A stretch of DNA of 64,000 bases from Bacillota bacterium. Its GTDB lineage: Bacteria; Bacillota; Clostridia; Acetivibrionales; JAEZXR01. Of this stretch, positions 37,208 to 47,600 are shown piece after piece. Each line of letters opens with the position of its first letter. Position 1 is the stretch's first letter. The translations under genes and the position numbers were made by a program. Location of the stretch: positions 1 through 64,000 of the forward strand of contig JAEZXR010000119.1 of assembly GCA_023419605.1 (NCBI GenBank), read 5' to 3'. The notes under the pieces were generated by a model that was not told the origin of the DNA, did not search any database, and was given only the letters and a program-made list of their open reading frames with translations.

Positions 37208-38167
37208 ATGAAAATAGTGGTTTTGGATGGTTTTGCGTTAAATCCGGGAGACCTTACCTGGGAGAAGCTGGAGGGTATGGGGGAGCTCACTGTATATGAC
37301 CGGACCCCGGCGGAAAAAATCCTGGAACGAATCGGGGAGGCCGAAATTATTTATACCAATAAGACTCCCCTGACAAGGGAAATTCTTGAAAAGGCGGCCA
37401 ATATAAAGTTCATTGGGATACTGGCTACGGGTTACAATGTTGTTGATGTTGCTGCCGCGAAGGACAAAAGCATCGTCGTTACCAATATTCCTGCTTATGG
37501 TACGGCGGCGGTAGCGCAGTTTACCTTCGCACTGCTTTTAGAGCTGTGCCATCATGTCTGGGCGCATAATGAGGAAGTAAAAAAAGGTGCATGGACCCGT
37601 AGTCCGGATTTTTGTTTTTGGATTTATCCTCAAACTGAGCTTGCAGGGAAAACCATGGGGATTATTGGGTTTGGAAAGATCGGTCAGGCCGTGGGTAAAA
37701 TCGCGCAAGCCTTCGGAATGAGGATTCTGGCTTATGCCCGACACCCGGAGCCTGCCTTGGAGAACGATAGGATGCGATATGCCGGTCTGGAAGAGCTGCT
37801 GGAGAAATCCGACGTGATAAGCCTTCACTGCCCGCTCTCCGAGAGTACGCAAGGCATTATCAATCGAGAGACCTTGTCGAAAATGAAGGCGGGTGTATTG
37901 CTGCTGAATACCTCCAGGGGGCCTTTGATCGTCGAGGAGGATCTGGCAGAAGCCTTGAATTCCGGAAGGGTTGCAGGGGCGGCAGTAGATGTTCTGGCAG
38001 TGGAACCGGCTAAAATGGAAAATCCCTTGCTAACGGCAAAAAATTGCATTATCACACCGCATATCGCATGGGCGCCCAGGGAGTCCAGAGAGCGGCTGCT
38101 AGCGATTGCAGCAGATAATCTGGCACAGTTTTTGAAGGGGAATCCGGTAAATGTGGTGAATAGATGA
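37208..38167 (+). CDS. D-isomer-specific 2-hydroxyacid dehydrogenase (glycerate dehydrogenase/HprA-like)
   Basis: NAD-binding motif GIIGFGKIGQAV and catalytic Arg/Glu/His arrangement (..NTSRG..E..L.....ITPHIAW). Confidence 0.85.
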   Translation: MKIVVLDGFALNPGDLTWEKLEGMGELTVYDRTPAEKILERIGEAEIIYTNKTPLTREILEKAANIKFIGILATGYNVVDVAAAKDKSIVVTNIPAYGTAAVAQFTFALLLELCHHVWAHNEEVKKGAWTRSPDFCFWIYPQTELAGKTMGIIGFGKIGQAVGKIAQAFGMRILAYARHPEPALENDRMRYAGLEELLEKSDVISLHCPLSESTQGIINRETLSKMKAGVLLLNTSRGPLIVEEDLAEALNSGRVAGAAVDVLAVEPAKMENPLLTAKNCIITPHIAWAPRESRERLLAIAADNLAQFLKGNPVNVVNR

Positions 38168-38239
38168 TCGTGTTAATCTGCAAAAAGCACATAAAACGCA
38201 TATTGACAGGGTTTGCGTTATATGCTAAAATCAGATCAA

Positions 38240-38376
38240 TAAAGGGGAGTAGCTTATAAGCTATAAAGTCAACAAACGGCGCGCTGAACTGCGTCTGGCT
38301 TTATACTCCATACGGAAAGCAAGACCTTTAACGAGATCCAATTCATTTGGATTTACGTTAAAGGTCTTTTTATTTT
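38240..38376 (+). ncRNA. Mn(2+) riboswitch (yybP-ykoY family) with terminator-type expression platform
   Basis: Hallmark AAAGGGGAGTAGC 5' block and CTCCATACGGAAAGCAAGACCTTTAACGAGA 3' block. A terminator hairpin (AAGACCTTTAAC..GTTAAAGGTCTTTTTATTTT) follows. Upstream of a TerC/YkoY-family gene, the classic context. Confidence 0.7.
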
Positions 38377-38411
38377 CCCTGAAAACTATATTATTATCGG
38401 AGGTATATTGA

Positions 38412-39251
38412 GTGTCGACAAAAAAAGCATTATCGTGGTTGGGATTCTGGGTAGGGCTGGCACTGCTGTTTAATGCAGGGGTCTATTTCTTTATGGGACC
38501 ACAGAAGGCCCTGGAATTTTTAGGCGGCTACATCATCGAACAAAGCTTAAGCTTGGATAACCTGTTCTTGTTTCTCTTGATATTCGGGAGCTTTGGTATT
38601 CCGGCGCAATATCAAAGGCGGGTACTGAACTACGGAATCATAGGTGCTATCGTTCTCCGTCTGATTTTTGTGGTTCTGGGTGTTTCCATCGTAAACAGAT
38701 TCCATTGGATTCTGTACATATTTGGATTTATACTGATTCTCAGCGGTATCAAGATGATGCTTAAAAATGAAGAGCATCAAAACTTTAAGGACAATAAGCT
38801 GTTAAAGCTGCTGGGCAAGATCGTGCCGGTTTCCGATGAACTGGCGGGTGAAAAGTTTTTCGTACGTAAAAACAAAGTCCTGTATGCAACGCCCCTGTTT
38901 GCCATTCTGGTACTGGTAGAAGGTTCTGACCTGATTTTTGCCATCGATTCCATCCCTGCCATTTTTTCCATAACCACCGACCCTCTTATCGTGTATTGCT
39001 CCAATATTTTTGCCATTATGGGTCTGCGGAATTTATACTTCCTGATTGAAAAGCTTCATAGCTCCTTTGAATATGTAAAGTATGGAGTTGCTTTAATTCT
39101 TACCTTTACAGGAATAAAGCTCTCGCTTTTGATGTTCCACATAGAAATCCCCATTGTTTTGAGTATCCTTGTGATATTCTCTCTGCTGGCATTAAGCATG
39201 CTGGTATCCGTAGTGATGAAAAATAGTTCGAAAGTGAAAGTGACAGAGTAA
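38412..39251 (+). CDS. TerC-family integral membrane protein (YkoY/Alx-like, putative Mn/metal exporter)
   Basis: Polytopic membrane protein; EQSLSLDNLFLFLLIF and LVEGSDLIFAIDSIPA motifs are typical of TerC. GTG start with GGAGG RBS. Confidence 0.85.
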   Translation: MSTKKALSWLGFWVGLALLFNAGVYFFMGPQKALEFLGGYIIEQSLSLDNLFLFLLIFGSFGIPAQYQRRVLNYGIIGAIVLRLIFVVLGVSIVNRFHWILYIFGFILILSGIKMMLKNEEHQNFKDNKLLKLLGKIVPVSDELAGEKFFVRKNKVLYATPLFAILVLVEGSDLIFAIDSIPAIFSITTDPLIVYCSNIFAIMGLRNLYFLIEKLHSSFEYVKYGVALILTFTGIKLSLLMFHIEIPIVLSILVIFSLLALSMLVSVVMKNSSKVKVTE

Positions 39252-39374
39252 TAAACGGTTTACACCATAAAAGATAAGAGCTTGCCGTCTGAAAGTTGAC
39301 AGCAAGCTCTTATCTTTTAACAAACATTTCAAGGCAAGCTATTCCCGTAGCATCGGAAAAATTATTGCACCGGT

Positions 39375-39959
39375 CTATGCAGCAATGGGAAGATCCTTCA
39401 TTAAACAAGCCGTAATGACGGCCAGAGAAACGGAGCTGCATACGGCCAGTGTGTAGCTTTTATCCGTTGCATAGGACATGGGTCCCTTCAAATACTGCTC
39501 ATACATTTCCTCGATATAGCCGCAGATGGATGAGTAATCAGGGTTAATGGGAACCTGGGGCAAGGGATTTACCATTTTAGGAGCGCCTGAATTTCTTATC
39601 CAATAGCTGGATAGGTGCATTTCATACACATAGTGATTGAATTCACTGCCCGTATAGTGTGGAGAGTGGACAAAACAGAAAAAATCCGAAAGAAAGTGCA
39701 TGATGATCCCCAGCTTTTGAGAGAACTCCTTTGTACACTTTGGAAATGCACTCATTTCATAATTTACTAATTCCTTTATTTCACCTTTGATAAAATCCAT
39801 GGCGCTTTTCTTGATATGGGGAATTCTGAAAAGACTTGGAGAAATGTCCGGTTTGATGTTTCCATACCGGAAGGCCATGGGATCTAATCTTACAGAAACC
39901 TCCTTTTCAATCGCTTGTAAAGTGGTTCTGGCTATGTTCAAATGGTTAAAAATATTCAC
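39375..39959 (-). CDS. Hypothetical protein (194 aa), His-rich; possibly a zinc-dependent phospholipase C-like fold
   Basis: Clean ORF with several conserved-looking His residues (FNHLNIA, FLSDFFCFVHSPHY). Assignment is tentative. Confidence 0.45.
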   Translation of the reverse strand: MNIFNHLNIARTTLQAIEKEVSVRLDPMAFRYGNIKPDISPSLFRIPHIKKSAMDFIKGEIKELVNYEMSAFPKCTKEFSQKLGIIMHFLSDFFCFVHSPHYTGSEFNHYVYEMHLSSYWIRNSGAPKMVNPLPQVPINPDYSSICGYIEEMYEQYLKGPMSYATDKSYTLAVCSSVSLAVITACLMKDLPIAA

Positions 39960-40283
39960 ATGCTCACATCCTCATAGAGAATTGTCTTTCTATGTCCATT
40001 ATAGAAAAGGATTACTAAGGGGAAATTATAAGTTTGTAAAATTTCCTTTAAGTTTTAACCTTCAAAAAACGAAGCTTCGGAATATAGATAACCGGTTTTG
40101 GCCCTGAATTTATCCAGTGGAAAAGTGGCCCCAAAACCCGGGTATTTTTACCACTGGAAGTTATAAGGTTTAAAAGTTGGTTATCTGCAAAAAATGGGTA
40201 TACTAGTCTCGAAGCATTGAATGGCACATGGTCATAGGATGAGAAAAGGAATTGCTTATGCTTAAAATAAGGAGACGAAAAAA

Positions 40284-41642
40284 GTGGCAGATACACCGAC
40301 CATAAAACGTGGCTTTAACCGTAAACATTTGATTGTAATGGCCCTGGGCAATATCATTGGTTCGGGAATTTTCCTGGCCAGCGGAACCGCCATATCGCTG
40401 GCGGGACCGGCAGCAGTGCTGGCTTATGTGATTGGTGGAATCATCATGGTGATGGAAGTGATGTTCATTGCGGAAATGTCCATCATTAATCCTGCACCGG
40501 GTTCTTTCCGGGTCCATGCCACGGAAATTTTCGGTCCCGGGCTGGGCTTTGTGAACGGTTGGATGTTCTGGTGCAGCGGCGTGCTGGGCATGGCGGGAGA
40601 AGTGACGGCAGCTGCCATCTATATTTCCTTCTGGCTTCCAACTGTTCCTCCCTGGGTTTTTTGCCTGCTTTTTGCCATTATCATGACCGTTATAAATTTT
40701 CTGGATGTGCGGGGTCTCAGCCGTTTCGAGGCATGGCTGGCTTCGGTGAAAATTATTACCCTGGCAGCTTTTGTGCTTTTTGGAACACTGGCGGTGCTGC
40801 ACATCATCCCTGTTGAACTTCAGGGAAAGGCCGCAGGCTTTTCTTCTGCCGGTGCTTTCATGCCCCATGGTATAAAGGGAATTATGGCTTCCATGCTTAT
40901 GGTGCTGTTTTCTTTTACAGGTACCGGTATTATCGGACTGACCATTGCAGATGCCGAGGACCCGGAGAAAGAGGTTCCTCCAGCCATAAACTCTATTTGC
41001 TTCGCGGTGATATCCCTTTATGTACTGACCATCCTTTTAATTGTATTGCTGGTACCCTGGAATACGCTTTCCTCTGATCAGAGTCCTTTTGTAACCATAT
41101 TGAACAATTTGAGAATCCCTTTCGGAGCGACGGTAATCACCTTTATCGTCCTTACAGCGTCCCTTTCCGGATTGAATTCAGCCATGTACAGTGCCTCGCG
41201 GATGCTTTTTTCTCTTAGCAGGGATAAGCAGGCGCCGGGCATTTTTCTGAAGACCAATAAAAACGGAGTTCCCGTTTACGCGGTTGGTGTTGGAAGTGCG
41301 GTACTTGTTTTAACAGCGGTAGTATCCTACCTGCTTCCGCAGAATCTGTTCATCATATTGACTGGAGCCAGCGGTTTTCTAGCAATGTTTAACTGGCTGA
41401 CCATTTCTGTTACCCACTATTTCTACCGGAAAAAGGTTTTGAGGGAAAAACCGGAGAAGTTGAAATACAAGGTTCCCGCCTATCCTTTTATTACCATCCT
41501 GGCAATTGTTCTTATCGCGGGCATTATAGCCACCTCCTATCTTTATCCCGGACAAATTGCCAGTCTCATTACAGGAATCGCGATTATTGCAGTATTAATT
41601 CCTGCCTATTGGGTTTTCCGCAAGGTGAAGGCTTTAAAATGA
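40284..41642 (+). CDS. Amino acid permease (APC superfamily)
   Basis: 12-TM architecture with an N-terminal LGNIIGSGIFLASG signature. GTG start after AAGGAGACG. Confidence 0.85.
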   Translation: MADTPTIKRGFNRKHLIVMALGNIIGSGIFLASGTAISLAGPAAVLAYVIGGIIMVMEVMFIAEMSIINPAPGSFRVHATEIFGPGLGFVNGWMFWCSGVLGMAGEVTAAAIYISFWLPTVPPWVFCLLFAIIMTVINFLDVRGLSRFEAWLASVKIITLAAFVLFGTLAVLHIIPVELQGKAAGFSSAGAFMPHGIKGIMASMLMVLFSFTGTGIIGLTIADAEDPEKEVPPAINSICFAVISLYVLTILLIVLLVPWNTLSSDQSPFVTILNNLRIPFGATVITFIVLTASLSGLNSAMYSASRMLFSLSRDKQAPGIFLKTNKNGVPVYAVGVGSAVLVLTAVVSYLLPQNLFIILTGASGFLAMFNWLTISVTHYFYRKKVLREKPEKLKYKVPAYPFITILAIVLIAGIIATSYLYPGQIASLITGIAIIAVLIPAYWVFRKVKALK

Positions 41643-41896
41643 AAGCTTCCGGCAACCGCCGGATAGTTTATGCGAATGAAATTTCTGTTATTGACAAATT
41701 ACAATACAAAATAACGTTTTAAGGTCATGAAAAAATAAGAATTTAATGGACAAATTTTTATGAAACCCCTTTACTTATTGCAAAAAATGGTATATTATAA
41801 GACATATATAGAAAAAATTCATTTTTTTGTAAGTATTGTAACTATTTTCGTATTGTATGGAGAATAATGTTTGAAGTATTTGTGGGGTGATAATCA

Positions 41897-44800
41897 TTGG
41901 ACCAGATCATAGTTCATATCATTCACGGCGACATATTTAACGAATTCGATATTGAAAAGCTCCATAAAGATGCAATATCGATTGGAAGCCACGAATCCGA
42001 TGATATCTTTATTCAGTCGGATGTACTAAAGGCCAAGCACATTGTCATAGAAAAGAGATTAGACTCCTGGATCATTCTGGTTCCCCTCTTCCGCGGTCTA
42101 ATCTATAAAGACAAAAAGATTGATAAAAAGTTTCTTGAGGATGGAGATACGTTTACTATTCCGAATTCAGGGGATGAGAACATCTCCATTATCATCCTGG
42201 ATAAGCAGGAGTTTACCGCCAGTAACAAATCCGCCCGGTTCACTCTGAAGGATATAAATGAAATATCCATAGGAAAAAGTGAAAACAATCACATTGTATA
42301 TCGCAACAAACAGGTATCGGATCATCATGCAACAATCAAGATTACAGCAGATGGAGAGTTTCACGCTATCGCCAAAGAGGGCAACATTATGCACGTCAAC
42401 GGCCGGAGGGTGGAAGAAAAGCTTTTGAATCCCGGCGATGTGATCCATATCTGGCGATATAAGATCATATTTGATAAGACGTACATAACGGTATTTAATC
42501 TTGGGGGCAATACGGTTTCGGTCAATCATTTAAGAGAAGTACTATCCATGGAATCAACCTATCCGTTCTTCCAGCGATCGCCCCGGTTGGAGCCGCTGCT
42601 GCCGGATGAAGAGATTTCGATTCCAGACCCCCCGGGTAAGAGCAATAAGCCCAATACCGATTTCTCTTTCTGGCTTCAATTGTTTTTACCGCCGATGGTA
42701 ACGGTGCTTGCAGCTTTCGCATATCCCAGATCCATAGTTTTTACACTTCCCATGGTAGGGTCTACCTTAACGATTTCTTTGACGAACTATGTTTCCCAAT
42801 TAAGAAATTATAAAAAACGTGAAAAAAAGCGTACCGAGAAGTACATGGCTATTATCGATCGAATTGATTCGGATTTGAATCGAATTAAAACCGAGCAAAA
42901 GGATATACTTTTACGAACGCATCCAAGTTTGGATGAAAGCATGCAAATGGCGGTGGAGAAATCCAGAAGGCTTTGGGAAAGGGCCCAGGATGATATTGAT
43001 TTTCTTGACACCCGACTGGGGATCGGAAAAGCTTCTCTGTGTGTTGAAATAAAATACGAGGATTCGGAGATTAATCTGGATGAAGACCCGTTAAAGGATC
43101 AACCGAAGAATTTATATGATAAATACAGTATTCTTGATGAGATCCCTGTGACAGTTCCTCTGTATGAAGCCTGCACAGTAGGGATCGTAGGCATACGAAG
43201 CAGTATTATCAGTATTGTAGGAAGTATTATTTTACAAATTGCTTCCCGTCACTCTTATGATGAGGTGAAGATCGTTACGGTTTTCCCCAATGAGGAACAG
43301 GAGGAATGGAACTGGATAAAATGGCTGCCCCATGTCTGGGATGAGAGCAGAAAAAAAAGGTACATTTCCTGTGAGGCTGCTTCAACCCATGAAATGCTCA
43401 CTACCTTTAATGATATCTTAAAAAAGCGTGAAAACATCTTGCTCCAAGCCAATGAAGACAAGATTGAGAAGTTTCTTCCCCATTATGTTATCATTCTGGC
43501 GGACAGGGAAATGACTGAAAACGAAGCCATTATGAAGATCCTGATTGAAAACAAGAGTGTACTGGGCGTGTCCACCATTTTTGCCTTTGACAGAATGGAA
43601 TATCTGCCGAAGAATTGCCGATACATCCTGGAAGTAGGGGAGGCTGCCGGTACTCTTTATGAAAAAAAGAAATCCTCAAAAAAGCTGTCCTTCACCCCGG
43701 ACGTACTATCCAGGGACCAGACCGAAGCCTTTGCAAGGACCATGGCGCCCATAAGGCTCAGACAAATCGGTGCTGCGCTGGATATACCGAACAGCGTACC
43801 CTTTCTTGACCTTTTCGATGTTAACACCGTTGAAGGTTTGAATGTTATTACAAAATGGTCCAATAGCGAAACCTTCAAATCGCTTGCGGTTCCCCTGGGA
43901 ATTCGCGATGGCGGTGAAAAGCTGCTGCTGGACCTCCATGAAAAGTATCATGGACCTCATGGACTCATTGCGGGAACAACCGGTTCCGGGAAAAGTGAAT
44001 TGATGCAGAGTTTGATTCTTTCTTTGGCGATTAATTTTCATCCCCACGATGTTGTATTCGTCTTAATTGATTATAAGGGTGGAGGAATGGCCAATTTATT
44101 CGAGGGGATGCCGCATTTGGTAGGAACCATTACAAACCTCGACGGAAACCAGATTACCCGATCCCTTATTTCTATAAAAAGTGAAATAAAAAAAAGACAG
44201 GGACTTCTGGGGGAATACAAGGTCAATCATATCGATGGATATCAGGCACTTTACAAGCAAGGAAAAGCCTCCAAGCCGCTGCCGCATTTATTTATAATCA
44301 TCGATGAATTTGCTGAATTAAAATCGGAACAGCCGGAATTTATGAGGGAGCTGGTAAGCGCGGCGAGGGTCGGAAGAAGCTTGGGTGTACACCTTATTCT
44401 GGCCACACAAAAGCCTTCCGGCGTAGTGGATGATCAGATTTGGAGTAATGCGAGATTCCGATTGTGCTTGAAGGTACAGGGAAGAGAGGACAGCAACGAG
44501 GTATTGAAGCGGCCGGATGCAGCAAATATCAAGCAGCCTGGAAGAGCCTATTTGCAGGTTGGAAATAATGAGATGTTTGAGCTTTTCCAGTCCGCCTGGA
44601 GCGGTGCGGAGTATTCCCCCAATGAAAATGGCAGCCAACGTGAAAAAACCTTGCTGAGGGTGGACCTGGAAGGGAAAAGAAAGCCTTTGTTTGGCTTTGA
44701 GAAGAAAACCAGGGAAAAAAGTGGAGTTACACAGATTGATGCTGTTATAAAGGAAATTATCAATACCGCCGCAAGAGAAAACATTCCAAAACTGGATGGC

Positions 44801-46483
44801 CCATGGCTGCCACCTTTGCCGGAGACGGTATACCTGGGGGACCTGTTGGGGAAGGATTTGAAAAAGTGGGATGGCTGCACCTGGGAAGCAGAGGACAAAT
44901 GGATTTGCCCTGTTATTGGGTTGGCAGACAGCCCTCATGAGCAAAAACAGTTCCCGGTTGCCATTGATTTGGGCAAGGAAGGGCATTTGCTGATATATGG
45001 GGCTCCCGGTACGGGAAAGACAACTCTTTTAAATTCATTAATTACTTCTTTGGTACTTACCTATTCACCGAATGATTTGAACCTGTACATTTTAGACTTC
45101 GGCGGCAGGACCTTCGGTATTTTCTCGGATTTGCCCCACGTCGGCGGAGTTGTCATGGGCGATGAGGATGAAAAGCTGAGTAAGCTGATGAAGCTGCTGA
45201 AAAAGGAAATTGAAAAGAGAAAACGGCTTTTTTCCGACGTGGGTGTGAGCAGTTTGTCCTCCTATAGACAGGCTGTAGGGAATAAAATGCCTGCAATCCT
45301 GCTGGTACTGGATAATTATTCGGCCCTGGCGGAATTATATCCCGATGTAGAGGAGTCCTTTGTACAACTGTCGAGAGAAGCGGGAAACTATGGGATTCAC
45401 CTGGTCATAACGGCCAATAGTACGTCGGCCATACGTTATAAGGTATCCCAGAACTTTAAACTGGCCATTGCACTTCAAATGACGGATAAGGGCGATTACA
45501 ACAGTATTATCGGTAAAACAAACGGACTTGAGCCATCCCCGGTGAATGGAAGAGGGCTTGTAAAGGCAGGCATTCCTGTTGAATTCCAGACTGCACTGCC
45601 TGTAGCCGGTGATAATGAAGCGGAAAGATCCGCAGAGATGAAGAGCTTGTTTGAGAAAGTCCGTGTTTCGTGGAAGGGGAGAAAAGCGAAAAGCATTCCG
45701 ATACTTCCGGACGTACTCAGATACAAGGATATGCTTGAATATGATGAGCTTAAGTCTGAGATACAGGCGGATAAAAATCTTATTCCTTTGGGTTTGACAA
45801 CGGAGGATTTGGACCCTGTATTTGTTGATCTCAGCGAGACGGGCTGTGTCATGGTGACAGGACAGATTCAAAGCGGAAGAACGAATGTTTTAAAATCCTT
45901 CATTTCATCCTTAAAGGAAAGGGAGGGATTAAAGAGCTGCTATATTATTGATTCCAACAATACCGGATTATATCAGTACAGGTCTGTTTTAGAGCCGAGA
46001 GCCTACATAACGGATGGAAGCGTATTATCTTCAGTGATGGAGGAGATTGTGGAAGAACTGGATTCAAGGAAGAATGACCTCATAAGCAGAAGAAGGGATT
46101 CGGAAACGGAATTCGATGAAAAGAAATATTTGGAAAGCTTGCCGCAAATCATTTTATTTATTGATGAATACAGTGATTTTATCAATATGGCGGATGAAGA
46201 TACCAAGAGCAGCATAGAAAAAATACTGAAAAAATATAAAGGTTTAAAATTCTGTATGGTTATCAGCGGTCTATCGGATGAAATATCTGCAAATAGTTAT
46301 GACTCCTTTACAAAAGCGATGATAGAACAGCAAAACGGGTTAGTGATTGGGGGTAGTTTCGATCAGCAAAGGGTTTTCAATTCCAGAATGCCTTATGCGG
46401 AACAGAGCAGGATTTTAGAAATCGGCGAGGCTTACTATATCACGAAAGGAAAAACCAGCAAAATCAAGCTGCCATTGGTGTAA
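41897..46483 (+). CDS. essC: Type VII secretion system FtsK/SpoIIIE-family ATPase EssC (YukBA-like) with N-terminal FHA domains
   Basis: 1528 aa. Two FHA-like segments at the N-terminus, 2 TM helices, then three P-loop ATPase domains (GxxGxGKSE; the second reads GTTGSGKSE with D-box IIIDEFAEL). Confidence 0.88.
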   Translation: MDQIIVHIIHGDIFNEFDIEKLHKDAISIGSHESDDIFIQSDVLKAKHIVIEKRLDSWIILVPLFRGLIYKDKKIDKKFLEDGDTFTIPNSGDENISIIILDKQEFTASNKSARFTLKDINEISIGKSENNHIVYRNKQVSDHHATIKITADGEFHAIAKEGNIMHVNGRRVEEKLLNPGDVIHIWRYKIIFDKTYITVFNLGGNTVSVNHLREVLSMESTYPFFQRSPRLEPLLPDEEISIPDPPGKSNKPNTDFSFWLQLFLPPMVTVLAAFAYPRSIVFTLPMVGSTLTISLTNYVSQLRNYKKREKKRTEKYMAIIDRIDSDLNRIKTEQKDILLRTHPSLDESMQMAVEKSRRLWERAQDDIDFLDTRLGIGKASLCVEIKYEDSEINLDEDPLKDQPKNLYDKYSILDEIPVTVPLYEACTVGIVGIRSSIISIVGSIILQIASRHSYDEVKIVTVFPNEEQEEWNWIKWLPHVWDESRKKRYISCEAASTHEMLTTFNDILKKRENILLQANEDKIEKFLPHYVIILADREMTENEAIMKILIENKSVLGVSTIFAFDRMEYLPKNCRYILEVGEAAGTLYEKKKSSKKLSFTPDVLSRDQTEAFARTMAPIRLRQIGAALDIPNSVPFLDLFDVNTVEGLNVITKWSNSETFKSLAVPLGIRDGGEKLLLDLHEKYHGPHGLIAGTTGSGKSELMQSLILSLAINFHPHDVVFVLIDYKGGGMANLFEGMPHLVGTITNLDGNQITRSLISIKSEIKKRQGLLGEYKVNHIDGYQALYKQGKASKPLPHLFIIIDEFAELKSEQPEFMRELVSAARVGRSLGVHLILATQKPSGVVDDQIWSNARFRLCLKVQGREDSNEVLKRPDAANIKQPGRAYLQVGNNEMFELFQSAWSGAEYSPNENGSQREKTLLRVDLEGKRKPLFGFEKKTREKSGVTQIDAVIKEIINTAARENIPKLDGPWLPPLPETVYLGDLLGKDLKKWDGCTWEAEDKWICPVIGLADSPHEQKQFPVAIDLGKEGHLLIYGAPGTGKTTLLNSLITSLVLTYSPNDLNLYILDFGGRTFGIFSDLPHVGGVVMGDEDEKLSKLMKLLKKEIEKRKRLFSDVGVSSLSSYRQAVGNKMPAILLVLDNYSALAELYPDVEESFVQLSREAGNYGIHLVITANSTSAIRYKVSQNFKLAIALQMTDKGDYNSIIGKTNGLEPSPVNGRGLVKAGIPVEFQTALPVAGDNEAERSAEMKSLFEKVRVSWKGRKAKSIPILPDVLRYKDMLEYDELKSEIQADKNLIPLGLTTEDLDPVFVDLSETGCVMVTGQIQSGRTNVLKSFISSLKEREGLKSCYIIDSNNTGLYQYRSVLEPRAYITDGSVLSSVMEEIVEELDSRKNDLISRRRDSETEFDEKKYLESLPQIILFIDEYSDFINMADEDTKSSIEKILKKYKGLKFCMVISGLSDEISANSYDSFTKAMIEQQNGLVIGGSFDQQRVFNSRMPYAEQSRILEIGEAYYITKGKTSKIKLPLV

Positions 46484-46568
46484 AAACATAAAATCGGCAG
46501 AAGCAGCAAGTCATTTATATAATTATAGCTGCTTCATAAAAATATCTACATATTCAATGATGGAGGGC

Positions 46569-46814
46569 ATGAAAATTATGGATATGGTTATCGTAACCAT
46601 CAAATCACAGGAAGGGAAGCAGCTGATGGATATAGAAGTTCCGTTTGATATTACGGCTGAAGAACTGGCCGCCTCACTGGCAAACTATATGCAGGTGAAA
46701 GAGATAAAAGGTTTGAGGGCAGAGCCGCTAAAAAGAGTGCTCATGAATCATGAGACACTTAAGGAGGCCGGCGTGTGGGAAGGAAGCCATATAATCATTG
46801 AGGGTGCCCATTAG
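46569..46814 (+). CDS. esaB: EsaB/YukD-like small ubiquitin-fold T7SS protein
   Basis: About 80 aa directly after essC; beta-grasp-like pattern (VIVTIKSQEGKQLMDIEVPFDITAEEL). RBS GGAGGG. Confidence 0.6.
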   Translation: MKIMDMVIVTIKSQEGKQLMDIEVPFDITAEELAASLANYMQVKEIKGLRAEPLKRVLMNHETLKEAGVWEGSHIIIEGAH

Positions 46815-46900
46815 AGGCAGCAAACCAAAAAGTCATAAATTTCCGGTTAATTCTAGATACCCGGATCGAATAAAAACAAAAAATGAAAGGGTGGTACATA

Positions 46901-47197
46901 ATGGCAATCGGTACTATAAGGATTACTCCCGAGCAAATAAGGGATGAGGCTACAAAGTTGAAAGGTCTTTCAGACCAGCATGATGGAGTTTTTAAACAAA
47001 TGACAAACTTGATTAATGCACTGAGCAGTCAATGGGAAGGTGCTGCCATTGAAGCATTTTTGCAGTCCTTTACCAATGCGAAGACGGAACTGGAGAAATT
47101 CAGAAAATCTATTGACGTGTTCGAAAAGGACATGAGAGAGTCTGCAAGAATACTGGAAGAAACAGACAAGGCGCTGGGTACACAGTTAAAAAGGTAG
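46901..47197 (+). CDS. esxA: WXG100-family protein (EsxA-like secreted T7SS substrate)
   Basis: 98 aa helical hairpin with WXG (SSQWEGAAIEAF) near the centre. RBS AAAGGGTGG. Confidence 0.8.
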   Translation: MAIGTIRITPEQIRDEATKLKGLSDQHDGVFKQMTNLINALSSQWEGAAIEAFLQSFTNAKTELEKFRKSIDVFEKDMRESARILEETDKALGTQLKR

Positions 47198-47270
47198 TTT
47201 GCTTGTGGCAATGGCTGCACACCTGTGTGTAGCCATTGCGAACCTTATTAAGTTTTGAAAGGTGGATGCT

Positions 47271-47567
47271 ATGACACGCATTAAAGTGAATGCAACTGAA
47301 TTTAAGGCAGTAGCAAAGAAATTCAATTCCGCCGCTGAACGCTGCTCCAAGATTCAGGAAAAATTAAAAACTGCGTCCGATGATTTATTGGGGCATTGGA
47401 GCGGCAAGAGCAAGGAGGCCTTTTCGACCGAGTATAACACGCTGTATAAAAATATGTATAATTACAAAGACGTGTTGGAGTGCATAGCAAAGGATTTGGA
47501 TACTATTGCGGTACGTTTTGAAGAAGCCGACAAGAGTTTGAAAGATGGCATGGAAAAGACTACGTAG
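47271..47567 (+). CDS. WXG100-like protein (second Esx-type partner)
   Basis: 98 aa helical protein with HWSGKSKEAF (WxG) at mid-sequence. Confidence 0.65.
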   Translation: MTRIKVNATEFKAVAKKFNSAAERCSKIQEKLKTASDDLLGHWSGKSKEAFSTEYNTLYKNMYNYKDVLECIAKDLDTIAVRFEEADKSLKDGMEKTT

Positions 47568-47600
47568 AACAAATTGTGTGATATAGGGTGGAGGATGAGA

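Noticed and set aside
40100-40283. Hairpin ATCCAGTGG..CCACTGGAA upstream of the amino-acid permease, considered as a T-box or riboswitch
   Set aside because: No T-box consensus (AATTAGGGTGGTACCGCG) or specifier architecture was seen. Possibly an attenuator, but unsupported.
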